DNA of 64,000 bases, from assembly GCA_026707815.1 (NCBI GenBank), contig JAPOWB010000003.1, forward strand, positions 67,380 through 131,379. Reading direction: 5' to 3'. Position numbers and translations under genes: made by a program. Below are positions 9,365-18,224 of this stretch, in pieces; the stretch's first letter is position 1; each line of letters begins with the position of its first letter. The notes beneath the pieces were generated by a model. The model did not search any database. It saw nothing but the letters and a program-made list of their open reading frames with translations, and was not told the DNA's origin. This stretch comes from Candidatus Saccharimonadota bacterium (GTDB lineage Bacteria > Patescibacteriota > Saccharimonadia > Saccharimonadales > VXPC01).

Positions 9365-10099
9365 TTAAGTCAAATTATTCTCCAAATTAATCAGCCAGTC
9401 ATACCAGCCTCGCTCGACTAAATAAGTCTCTATTTTTTTATCATAACCAGTCATAATAAAAATACCAATCACAATAAATAAAGTAGCTAGAATTCGCCTT
9501 AACCAAGATTTGGGGTTGCTAAAAATTGCTACTTTAGCAGTAAATTTTTGACCAAAAATAGCTACTAAACCTAAGATGAAAGCTAAGCCTAAGACAAAAA
9601 CTATTAAATAAATAGAGCCAATCCACCAGCTAGCTGGAAGGAAAAATCCAACAATAGCTAAATAAGTTGGACTACAGCTAGAAAAAACAGGACCTAAAGA
9701 TGCTCCAACTAAAAAATCACCTAACTTACCGCCCCGATTTAAACCTCTGCTTAAAAATTTATTTGAGGATTTCTTCAAACCCAGTTTGCCTATTACTAAT
9801 TGCCAAAGGTTTGGCATTAACAAAAACAAACCGAAAACAATTAAAATACTGCCTGAGATTAATTGCCAAACCCAAGTCGGAATTCCGATCAAACTAGTCG
9901 TTGCTTTAAGCAAAATCGAAAAAGCAAGTAAGGAGACAATTAAAGCTCCAATAATACGGAAGGCTCTACTTAAAGATTGCTGACCAACGCTGCCACTGAT
10001 AATAATTGGTAGAAGAGGCAAAACACAGGGAGATAAAATAGTTAACAAACCAGCTACTAAGGAAGCTAGAAGATAACCTAAACTGAAATCAACCGACAT
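9365..10099 (-). CDS. CcdA/DsbD-family transmembrane thiol-disulfide electron transporter
   Basis: Polytopic membrane protein with the LTILSPCVLPLLPII motif characteristic of CcdA-type proteins. Confidence 0.8.
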   Translation of the reverse strand: MSVDFSLGYLLASLVAGLLTILSPCVLPLLPIIISGSVGQQSLSRAFRIIGALIVSLLAFSILLKATTSLIGIPTWVWQLISGSILIVFGLFLLMPNLWQLVIGKLGLKKSSNKFLSRGLNRGGKLGDFLVGASLGPVFSSCSPTYLAIVGFFLPASWWIGSIYLIVFVLGLAFILGLVAIFGQKFTAKVAIFSNPKSWLRRILATLFIVIGIFIMTGYDKKIETYLVERGWYDWLINLENNLT

Positions 10100-10200
10100 A
10101 ATTTAAGCTTCAGTATATCAAAGACTGCCAATAACCTCATCTAAAACAAACTTGATTGAATAAACCTTGACCCCGAAACAATAAATTAAGGTCTGCCCTA

Positions 10201-10292
10201 TCCTTGACAAACCAGACAAAATTGTCAAGGATAATGGATTAAACTTGAATAAAAGCTTGATTTGTCAAGGATAATGGATTAAACTTGAATAA
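10201..10292 (+). promoter_or_regulatory. Operator/promoter-like repeat cluster upstream of the Fic gene
   Basis: Perfect 10-bp inverted repeat tccttgacaa (10201-10210) / ttgtcaagga (10222-10231). Two identical 31-bp direct repeats ttgtcaaggataatggattaaacttgaataa lie at 10222-10252 and 10262-10292, ending 19 nt before the ATG. Confidence 0.6.
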
Positions 10293-10310
10293 TATGTCAA
10301 AATAACGACA

Positions 10311-11426
10311 ATGATTGGTCAATTCAGAAAACAGGCTTCGGATTATCAAGCTTTTATTCCGAGTAATTTTCCCTCAAGCCTCAACTATACTCCATCGACT
10401 CAAACAATCTTAACAACCAGTGAAGCTACTTTGTATATAGGCAAGTTAGATGGTTTGACACGACTAATTCCCAATATAGATTTCTTTGCTTTTATGTATC
10501 ATCGCAAAGAAGCAACTTTATCTAGCAATATTGAAGGCACACAAGCAACTATGCATGATTTCTTAAAAGCTGAAGCAGAAATTAAAGAAGATACACCAAG
10601 AGATATTATTGATATCCAGCGATATCTAAAAGCCTTAGAACACGGTTTTAAACAATTACCTAGGATATCTCTTACTTCTAGACTAATTTGCGAAATGCAT
10701 GCTCTTCTTATGTCAGGCTTGGAAAATAGTCATGCGACCCCTGGGCAATTTCGAACTTCTCAAAACTGGATTGGTGGGACTAATCTTCAGAATGCCAGTT
10801 TTATACCCCCTCCAGCGAATGAATTAAATCGTTGCTTAAAAGATCTTGATAATTTTATTAATAATCAACCTAAATATCAGCCTTCACTAATTAAAATTGC
10901 TTTAACACATGCCCAATTTGAAACAATTCACCCTTTTCTAGATGGCAATGGTCGAATTGGCAGATCAATGATTACTTTACAATTATGTCAAGAGAAATTA
11001 CTCGAGCAACCTATTTTCTATATTTCAGAATATTTACAGCGCCATCGACAAATCTATTTTGAAAAATTAGATAACTATCGTTTTGGCTTCATAGATGAAT
11101 GGGTTCGATTTTTCTTGGATGGAGTTAAAGATATTGCTCAATCAGCAATTCAAAGTGCCGAACAATTGATTCATTTGCAGGAAAGAGATCAAGCTTTAAT
11201 TAATAATCTGGGGCGTCAAATTGCTACTGGCAACAAGCTATTGAAATATTTATATCAACAACCGATTGTCAACATAAAACAAGTTGCTAAAGAAATGCAA
11301 TTATCCCGCCAAGCAACTTATGGACTAGTTAAAAAATTTAAAGATTGTGGAATTTTGCAACCAGTCAATAGCCAATCACAGCGCAATATTGCACTAATGC
11401 ATAAAAAATATATTGATATATTTTGA
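10311..11426 (+). CDS. Fic-family protein (AMPylase-type, with intramolecular inhibitory motif)
   Basis: Canonical Fic motif HPFLDGNGRIGR, an inhibitory-helix-type motif SSNIEG ((S/T)xxxE(G/N)) upstream, and a C-terminal wHTH-like tail. Confidence 0.9.
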   Translation: MIGQFRKQASDYQAFIPSNFPSSLNYTPSTQTILTTSEATLYIGKLDGLTRLIPNIDFFAFMYHRKEATLSSNIEGTQATMHDFLKAEAEIKEDTPRDIIDIQRYLKALEHGFKQLPRISLTSRLICEMHALLMSGLENSHATPGQFRTSQNWIGGTNLQNASFIPPPANELNRCLKDLDNFINNQPKYQPSLIKIALTHAQFETIHPFLDGNGRIGRSMITLQLCQEKLLEQPIFYISEYLQRHRQIYFEKLDNYRFGFIDEWVRFFLDGVKDIAQSAIQSAEQLIHLQERDQALINNLGRQIATGNKLLKYLYQQPIVNIKQVAKEMQLSRQATYGLVKKFKDCGILQPVNSQSQRNIALMHKKYIDIF

Positions 11427-11540
11427 TTGAGATTCACTCTCTATATGTTGATTCTGCTAACGATCTATCTAAATGATTGTTTATACTTTAATGAGTGATT
11501 GTTTTCAGTCTTGTTTTAGACAAAAACGTTCGACCATAGA

Positions 11541-11696
11541 TTAATCCCTAGATTTCTTACAGGTAAAGTAACCAAAGCCATAACTACCTAAAGAAATTAA
11601 AGCCCCACCAAAAATTAAATAATCATCATTAACTATAAGCCGACCCCCGACAACAGCAATCATGCCACAGCAAAATAAAACAAAGAACTTAAACAT
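11541..11696 (-). CDS. Possible small hydrophobic protein (51 aa)
   Basis: ORF MFKFFVLFCCGMIAVVGGRLIVNDDYLIFGGALISLGSYGFGYFTCKKSRD lies between the two Fic genes on the opposite strand. I saw no clear RBS. Confidence 0.25.
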   Translation of the reverse strand: MFKFFVLFCCGMIAVVGGRLIVNDDYLIFGGALISLGSYGFGYFTCKKSRD

Positions 11697-11850
11697 AATT
11701 TAATAAACCACACTTCAAATATTTAGCTGTCAATGATTGTACATCACTTCAAATCTACGTTATAGAGATTATAAGCCAATATCTCTCTAACTTACATATT
11801 AATCATTGTAATTAAGTATCAAAAATCATAGACAAAAATCGAAACAATTT

Positions 11851-12921
11851 TTGCCCAAAACGTATCATTATGATACGATAAGCTATATGGATGATACTAT
11901 ATCAGATAGACAGTTGCATATATTGAGGCACCTGCATCGAGTTGGTAAAGCTTCGCGTCAAGAATTGACAACAGTGATACCTAATGTTTCCCGCATCACT
12001 TTGATTAGAGATTTGAATTATTTACAAGCAAGAGGATTAGCTATTGTCACTGGTAGAGGTCCAGCAACTGTCTATTCTATTACGTCAGTAGCTAAACAGT
12101 TGAAGCTTTACGACCCAGCAATCTACTTGCTGGAAGAACCCGACTCCCGACAAATTCAATTCACGGCTTTCGTGATCAAGCACATTAAGAAATTGGAAAG
12201 CGTATGGAATAAAGAGAAAATCAACCGAATCAAACGACTGGTTACCGATTATCAATTGAGGCGTGCTAGCGATGTTGCTAACCGTGAACTCGAAAGATTT
12301 ATAATTGAATTTAGCTGGAAATCGTCAAAAATTGAAGGTAACACTTACAGTCTGCTAGATACCGAACAATTAATTAAGAGTTCTATTGAAGCAACTGGTC
12401 ACAGCCGTGAAGAAGCCATAATGATTTTGAATCACAAAACTGCTTTCGATTACATCTGGCAACACAATCAAACCTATCGACAACTGAATCGAATATTGAT
12501 TGAAGAAATACATCAATTGTTAACACAAAATCTAGGCATTAGCAGAGGACTGAGGCAATCGCCGGTCGGCATAATTGGGACAGCCTATATGCCGCCAGTC
12601 AGTCAAATAGAAATCTGTTCACATCTAGACCAGATCATAAAACTCATAAACACCTGCCAAGAACCAGCTATTAAAAGCCTAATTGCCTTGGTTGGCATAT
12701 CCTATCTGCAACCGTTCGCAGATGGCAACAAACGCACAGCCCGTCTAATCTCCAACGCCTTACTTATCGCTCACGGTTATCCACCACTTTCATACCGAAC
12801 TGTTGACGAAACTGCTTTTAAAGGGGCGTTGATATTATTCTATGAACAGAATATAGCCGATTATATTGGAGAAATATTTCTGCAACAATTCGAGTTTTCA
12901 GCTAAGAACTATAGTCTGTAA
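11851..12921 (+). CDS. HTH-Fic/Doc-like protein with degenerate active-site motif (His replaced by Gln)
   Basis: N-terminal wHTH (LHILRHLHRVGKASRQELTTVIPNVSRITLIRDLNYLQARGLA), then SSKIEGN. The Fic-core position reads QPFADGNKRTAR instead of HPFxDGNGRxxR. The likely real start is the ATG at 11887. Confidence 0.85.
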   Translation: MPKTYHYDTISYMDDTISDRQLHILRHLHRVGKASRQELTTVIPNVSRITLIRDLNYLQARGLAIVTGRGPATVYSITSVAKQLKLYDPAIYLLEEPDSRQIQFTAFVIKHIKKLESVWNKEKINRIKRLVTDYQLRRASDVANRELERFIIEFSWKSSKIEGNTYSLLDTEQLIKSSIEATGHSREEAIMILNHKTAFDYIWQHNQTYRQLNRILIEEIHQLLTQNLGISRGLRQSPVGIIGTAYMPPVSQIEICSHLDQIIKLINTCQEPAIKSLIALVGISYLQPFADGNKRTARLISNALLIAHGYPPLSYRTVDETAFKGALILFYEQNIADYIGEIFLQQFEFSAKNYSL

Positions 12922-13206
12922 ATCACCCGTTGCTTAAAATCAAAAGACTCTCAATATGTATTATCTAGTGGGGACTTGTTTTGGGATTAGACCTCAATCA
13001 ACAAGGCAAAAAACATACATTAATCATTGCAATTATGAACACCTCCATACAGCTCTTAAGACCACTCCCTTTATGGAAGGGATTAGCTAGAATTCTCATA
13101 GTTTGTTCCTTGGCGGTTTGAAGTACCTAAGTCAATTTGACCTAATATTTGTTTTAGTGTCATATAGTATATGATTGTATCACTGCAACGAAACATTTAA
13201 TAAGCT

Positions 13207-13235
13207 AAAAAGAACCCCTCTAAAAAAGAGGGGTT
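13207..13235 (-). terminator. Rho-independent terminator after the NYN gene
   Basis: Stem aacccctc (13213-13220) / gaggggtt (13228-13235), with a T-run on the minus strand immediately downstream. Confidence 0.6.
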
Positions 13236-13276
13236 AAATCTTACACCTATCATTCTAATAAATTAGCCGACAGATG

Positions 13277-13840
13277 TCAATAATATTCTACGCATTTACG
13301 GATTGATTCAAAAACCCAATAATCGCAGTTATCATTTGCCGTTGCAAAAGTTCTCAATTCCCAAGAAAGCAATTGACTAAACGAAATAATATGCACAGAT
13401 TTACCTTGATTATAAGCTAATTGTAAGGGGGCTAAATAATCACTATCACCTGAAACTAAAATAATTTGATCTAAATCATTAAGACTCTGCATAATACCCA
13501 TTGTAATCTCAATATCCATATCTCCCTTAGTGATAAATTTGCCATTCTTTTGTTTAAGAGGCTTAGTGATAACTTCATGCCCTAATTTATCTATCCTAGC
13601 ATATAAACGTGTTTCGGCTTGGGAACGAATTTTAAATTTAGTTGCCCTAGGTTGATTGTCTAGTATAGCGTAATATTTTATAGATGTAGGTTGGTATTTG
13701 TTATCTAGCCACTTTTTAAATTTTGCAAAATCAATAAACCAACGTTGATCCTTGGGCATATTTAATGAGCCCCACATCACATTTGATCCATCTATAAAAA
13801 CTCCTGCCCGTGACCGTTTGTTTACATTCATTGCTTTCAA
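13277..13840 (-). CDS. NYN/LabA-like (PIN-related) nuclease domain protein
   Basis: GVFIDGSNV near the N-terminus and ILVSGDSDYLAPL later, the two acidic motifs of NYN/LabA domains. Confidence 0.75.
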   Translation of the reverse strand: MKAMNVNKRSRAGVFIDGSNVMWGSLNMPKDQRWFIDFAKFKKWLDNKYQPTSIKYYAILDNQPRATKFKIRSQAETRLYARIDKLGHEVITKPLKQKNGKFITKGDMDIEITMGIMQSLNDLDQIILVSGDSDYLAPLQLAYNQGKSVHIISFSQLLSWELRTFATANDNCDYWVFESIRKCVEYY

Positions 13841-13949
13841 TATATATCTAATTTAGATAAATCACGTGCTTATCATTTGCTAAATGATTTATAAAAAACA
13901 CTTAAATAACAGAGATAAACAAGCTACTCTTGAACTCATTCGTCCTGTT

Positions 13950-14026
13950 TGGTACTCCGGGAGGGATTCGAACCCCCGACCTGCGGGATAGAAGCCCGTT
14001 GCTCTAATCCACTGAGCTACCGGAGC
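13950..14026 (-). tRNA. tRNA-Arg (anticodon UCU), CCA encoded
   Basis: The reverse complement GCTCCGGTAGCTCAGTGGATTAGAGCAACGGGCTTCTATCCCGCAGGTCGGGGGTTCGAATCCCTCCCGGAGTACCA folds as a cloverleaf. The anticodon loop is CTTCTAT. Confidence 0.9.
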
Positions 14027-14170
14027 TTAAATAAGCTGAATTCAAATTCCGAAAAACAGATATGAATTTGTTTTAAAATTATAACATAAAACCCTAGACT
14101 TATTTATTAAATAAGCTACTTAATATAGAGTATAATTATAGGCGTAAGCTTGAAGTTTTTGATTTATTTT

Positions 14171-14245
14171 GCGGGTGTAGTGAAACGATTATCACGTTAG
14201 CCTTCCAAGCTGAAATTGTGGGTTTGATTCCCGCCACCCGCACCA
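14171..14245 (+). tRNA. tRNA-Gly (anticodon UCC), CCA encoded
   Basis: GCGGGTGTAGTGAAACGATTATCACGTTAGCCTTCCAAGCTGAAATTGTGGGTTTGATTCCCGCCACCCGCACCA. The anticodon loop is CTTCCAA. Confidence 0.85.
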
Positions 14246-14352
14246 CAAGAATATACCGATGAATTATCAAATTCTGGATGAGCCATTCAATAATTCGAAG
14301 TCCAAATAAACCTAAATTAGACTTTGTGTTCTCAACAAATAAACTTTTAATT

Positions 14353-14433
14353 TTAAAGCTTATGAGTTAAAAAGTAAGGACAATCATTTAAGATTTGAGA
14401 TGATTGTGGTAAGTATGATAAATCTGTTTTCAT
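14353..14433 (-). CDS. Possible 26-aa micro-ORF with near-perfect Shine-Dalgarno
   Basis: The minus strand reads AAAGGAGGTAAAATG followed by MKTDLSYLPQSSQILNDCPYFLTHKL-stop. Support is the RBS only; I recognise no homology. Confidence 0.2.
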   Translation of the reverse strand: MKTDLSYLPQSSQILNDCPYFLTHKL

Positions 14434-14450
14434 TTTACCTCCTTTTGTTT

Positions 14451-14492
14451 ACCCGCTCTCCTGCCTCAATAGAGCGGGGTTTTTATTTTTTA
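14451..14492 (+). terminator. Rho-independent terminator (plus-strand sense)
   Basis: Stem cccgctct (14452-14459) / agagcggg (14471-14478), followed by tttttatttttt. Confidence 0.55.
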
Positions 14493-14518
14493 TGTATGCG
14501 TCACAAATTGGAGAAAAA

Positions 14519-15151
14519 TTATTTTTTCTTAGACGGAATTAGTCTTTGATTTAAAATGTTGTCAACCAAACCATATTTCTGAGCTTCTTTAGCATCCAGC
14601 CAATAATCTCTTTCAACTTGGGTTTGGAGTTTATCTAAGGACTGACCTGTTTTATCAGCTAAGATTTTGTTGAGTAATTGCTTGGTTTTTAAGAGTTCTT
14701 TAGTGGTGATTTCAATGTCTGTGACTTGACCAGTAATACCATCAGCCCAAGGTTGATGCAACATAACTTTGGCGTGAGGTAGAATTGATCTTTTACCAGA
14801 AGTTCCATTAGCTAATAAAAAAGCTCCCATACTGGCGGCTTGGCCAACGCAAATAGTGTGAACATCTGCCTTAATGTAATTCATGGTGTCAAAAATAGCC
14901 ATACCAGCCGAGACTGAGCCACCGGGACTATTAATATATAAATAGATATCATCAGTGCTTTCTTTTTGCTCTAAAAACAAAAGTTGAGCAACAATTAAAT
15001 TAGCAACATCATTGTTAATTAGGCTGCCCAAAAAGACAATTCGACCTTCTAGCAGTCGAGAATAAATATCATATACTCGAGTGCCATTAGCTTCTTGTTC
15101 AATGACGGTTGGGATAAGAATTTGATTGGGATTAATAGATTTTTTAGACAT
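14519..15151 (-). CDS. clpP: ATP-dependent Clp protease proteolytic subunit
   Basis: YDIYSRLLEGRIVFLG, the active-site context GQAASMGAFLL, and MLHQP. Confidence 0.95.
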   Translation of the reverse strand: MSKKSINPNQILIPTVIEQEANGTRVYDIYSRLLEGRIVFLGSLINNDVANLIVAQLLFLEQKESTDDIYLYINSPGGSVSAGMAIFDTMNYIKADVHTICVGQAASMGAFLLANGTSGKRSILPHAKVMLHQPWADGITGQVTDIEITTKELLKTKQLLNKILADKTGQSLDKLQTQVERDYWLDAKEAQKYGLVDNILNQRLIPSKKK

Positions 15152-15201
15152 AATCAGATATTTGAAAACACCTTTATTTTATCATTAATTTATTAAACTT
15201 A

Positions 15202-16485
15202 CTAATTGCTAACGGATTGATCAGTAGTAGCAATTTGCCAGATACGCTCTAAAGTTTTTTGAGTTATTAGCCGAGCCTTTAAATCTTCTTTCAAATCCTT
15301 TTGTTTATCTTCGTCTTTGGCAATTGAGCCTAGATGTTTATAAGCTTCAGAAATTTCATTGTCAGTCACAATAATCTTCTCCCTTTTAGCAATTTCTCTG
15401 AGAGCTAGACCGCCTTTCAAACGATTGGAAGCCATTTGATTTAATTCTGCTTGATGCTGATCTTGGGTTTGCCCAATTTCAAGAAGCCATGATTCCAAAG
15501 ATGTCTGATTACGTTTTAAATCTTCAGCTAATTCTTGTTGCAATTTAGTCACTTCAGCTTGGAATAAATCATCGGGGATTTCAATTTGTGATTCCTTAAC
15601 AATCTTAGCCATTAAATGTCCTTCAAAGACTGATCGGGCTTGGCGATTTCTTTCTATGTTCAAAGAATTTTTAATATCTACTTTTAAATCAGCCAATGAT
15701 TTGAAATTACCCCCTATCTTCTTCAGTAATTCTTTATCTGTTGGCAGTTCAATTTCATCAATTTGTTTAATTTCTACTTTAAAATTAATTAATTTATTGG
15801 CCATACTGGGAGCTTGATAATCTTTAGGAAATCTGACTTCAAATTCTAGCTTTTGACCAGCTGATTGATCCAAGAGTTGATCTTCAAAATCTTTCAATAA
15901 CACATAATCACCCAAGATAAGACTAAAGTCTTTAGCTGAAGCTCCTTTTATTTTTAGATTTTGTTTGTTAGAACCCTCAAAATCAATAATCAAACGATCA
16001 CCTAGTTGAGAATTACGATTGGCTGGCTTTTTGATGGCAAAGTCTAGTTTTAATTTTCTTAAAGTAGTCTCAACATCAGCTTCAGTCACTGAAACTTGAG
16101 GTGGAGTTTCAGATAATTTAGTGTAATCCATAAGCTTCGTCTCGCCCAAGTGATCAGCTTGAAGCTCAACTTCCAAATCTTCATAAGGAACAAATTTAGT
16201 CACTGAAACTTGAGGAGTTTTGTAAGTTTCAATAGCTTGCATCTTTAAAGCTTGGGCTGTCAATTGGGGAATAAATTCTTGCAGGAATGCGGTTTGAACT
16301 TCTTGATCATCCAGCTCCCTTAAAGCCAAATGCAGGGGTACTTTACCGGTTCTAAAGCCCGTTAATCGAACATTTTTGGCGAGATTTTGTTGGACTTTAT
16401 CTTTAAGCCCAGCCATGTCCTTAGCTGAGGCTGACACTATTAAAGTAGTCTGAAATGCTGTTGAATCTTTAACTTTAATCTTCAT
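15202..16485 (-). CDS. tig: Trigger factor
   Basis: 427 aa with an N-terminal ribosome-binding motif TGFRTGKVP and the typical length. It sits upstream of clpP, as in many bacteria. Confidence 0.9.
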   Translation of the reverse strand: MKIKVKDSTAFQTTLIVSASAKDMAGLKDKVQQNLAKNVRLTGFRTGKVPLHLALRELDDQEVQTAFLQEFIPQLTAQALKMQAIETYKTPQVSVTKFVPYEDLEVELQADHLGETKLMDYTKLSETPPQVSVTEADVETTLRKLKLDFAIKKPANRNSQLGDRLIIDFEGSNKQNLKIKGASAKDFSLILGDYVLLKDFEDQLLDQSAGQKLEFEVRFPKDYQAPSMANKLINFKVEIKQIDEIELPTDKELLKKIGGNFKSLADLKVDIKNSLNIERNRQARSVFEGHLMAKIVKESQIEIPDDLFQAEVTKLQQELAEDLKRNQTSLESWLLEIGQTQDQHQAELNQMASNRLKGGLALREIAKREKIIVTDNEISEAYKHLGSIAKDEDKQKDLKEDLKARLITQKTLERIWQIATTDQSVSN

Positions 16486-16495
16486 CTCTTTGCCT

Positions 16496-17815
16496 TTACT
16501 CTCCTTTAAGAGCCGTTAACTTACTAATTAAACGAGCCTCGCTCAGTCTATGCTCAGTCTTACTCGGCAGATGCTTTAAATTGTATAAGCCCTCATCAAT
16601 ATCTTTTTGACCAATAAATAAAACATAGTCTATTTCCCTCTTAAGAGCTGTTTCTAATTTTTTATTAGGTTTTAAGGGGCGACTATCAACAAAAACTTTT
16701 AACTTTTCAAATCTAATATTTTTTAAAAGTGACCAAATGTCTAAATAATCAACATCAGGTAACAAAACAACATACAAATCAATGGGACTAGTTAATTTCG
16801 GCATTAATTTATGACTTTTTAAAAAATCCATCATAGTGACATCCCCCATACCAAAACCAACAGCCGGTAAGTTTTGCCCACCAAAAGATTCTAAGAGTTG
16901 ATTATATCTGCCGCCACCAAACATTGATCTATTATTATCTTTATGTTTATCAAAAACCTCAAAGACTAAATCAGTATAATAATTAAAACCTCTGACAATT
17001 GTAAAATCTAAAACCCAGTTGTTAATATTGATCTTCTTTAAAGCTAATAAGAATTTTTTTAAATTTTGACAAGATGTCAACTCTGAAATCTCAGCTGGCA
17101 AATCTGCCAGTTTTCTGAGATTAATTAAAGTTTCTAGGAGCTGATTAATTTTTTTGAAAGTTTTGGCATCGGGTTGAAAAATTTGCCAACAAGCATCTTG
17201 AAAAGTCTTCGAGTCAAGCTTATGATAGCGATCCAACAGATGAATTAGTTGATCTTTGACTTTGGTGTCAACTTTAAACCAAACATTGAAGATATCCTCC
17301 AGTAAGCTTCGACTAGAAATATGGATTTGATACATATCGTCATTAGCTCCAAAATTATTCATTAATTTCTTAATGATAGCCATTATTTCTAACTCAGCAT
17401 CAATTTCAGATAACCCAAACAAATCAACATTTAGTTGCCAATGTTCTCGCAGACGACCTCTTTGAGGTCGTTCATAGCGCCAAACATTAGGCAAACTGTA
17501 CCATCGCAGAGGATAATTGAGTTCTTGTTGACGATTGACAATCATTCGAGCCACACTCGGAGTCATTTCTGGTCTTAAGGCAACTTGGCGATTACCCCGA
17601 TCATAAAAAGCATAAATTTGATTTTGAATAATCTCATCATTGGCTTGAGCTTTGGCGGCATACAAATCAAAATATTCAATAATTGAAGCATCATATCGCT
17701 CATAGCCAAATAGCTCCACGACTTCAATCCACTGCCGAAATAGATATTCCTGAAATCTAAAGGTTTCTGGATAAAAATCTCGAGTTCCTTTATAGGATTG
17801 ATGTTTAACTTTCAT
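16496..17815 (-). CDS. hisS: Histidine--tRNA ligase
   Basis: KGTRDFYPE, RPEMTPS and WRYERPQRGRLREHWQ class II motifs. Confidence 0.95.
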   Translation of the reverse strand: MKVKHQSYKGTRDFYPETFRFQEYLFRQWIEVVELFGYERYDASIIEYFDLYAAKAQANDEIIQNQIYAFYDRGNRQVALRPEMTPSVARMIVNRQQELNYPLRWYSLPNVWRYERPQRGRLREHWQLNVDLFGLSEIDAELEIMAIIKKLMNNFGANDDMYQIHISSRSLLEDIFNVWFKVDTKVKDQLIHLLDRYHKLDSKTFQDACWQIFQPDAKTFKKINQLLETLINLRKLADLPAEISELTSCQNLKKFLLALKKININNWVLDFTIVRGFNYYTDLVFEVFDKHKDNNRSMFGGGRYNQLLESFGGQNLPAVGFGMGDVTMMDFLKSHKLMPKLTSPIDLYVVLLPDVDYLDIWSLLKNIRFEKLKVFVDSRPLKPNKKLETALKREIDYVLFIGQKDIDEGLYNLKHLPSKTEHRLSEARLISKLTALKGE

Positions 17816-17870
17816 CTTCTTACTTAATAATGTTTAAAATTTCTTTCTTGTATATAACAACTAATACGAA

Positions 17871-17956
17871 TGGTGCCGCGGAGAGGACTCGAACCTCCAC
17901 GTCTTTACGACACTAGTTCCTAAGACTAGCGTGTCTACCAATTCCACCACCGCGGC
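17871..17956 (-). tRNA. tRNA-Leu (anticodon UAG), long variable arm, CCA encoded
   Basis: Reverse complement GCCGCGGTGGTGGAATTGGTAGACACGCTAGTCTTAGGAACTAGTGTCGTAAAGACGTGGAGGTTCGAGTCCTCTCCGCGGCACCA. Confidence 0.9.
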
Positions 17957-18080
17957 TTTTTAAAAATTCCCCCATAAAGACCTTCAAACTGAAAATAGAT
18001 TCAATTAAGTTTGCTCACAACTTAACCACTTTTTCATTTTACTATAAATAACTCCTAAAAGAGTCTCTATTTTTCATCTT

Positions 18081-18224
18081 CTAGCGAGTCAGATACTTGC
18101 CGATGCCAAATAAGATGATTACCCCCAGTAAAATGCCATAAATTCCAAACAAGCTCTGGGCGATGGCGATGACAATAACAGCGACTATTAGATAGAATGT
18201 ATAACGAACTAGGCGATTATCCAT
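18081..18224 (-). CDS. Possible small membrane protein (47 aa)
   Basis: MDNRLVRYTFYLIVAVIVIAIAQSLFGIYGILLGVIILFGIGKYLTR. The start overlaps the rsmD stop by 8 nt. Confidence 0.3.
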   Translation of the reverse strand: MDNRLVRYTFYLIVAVIVIAIAQSLFGIYGILLGVIILFGIGKYLTR

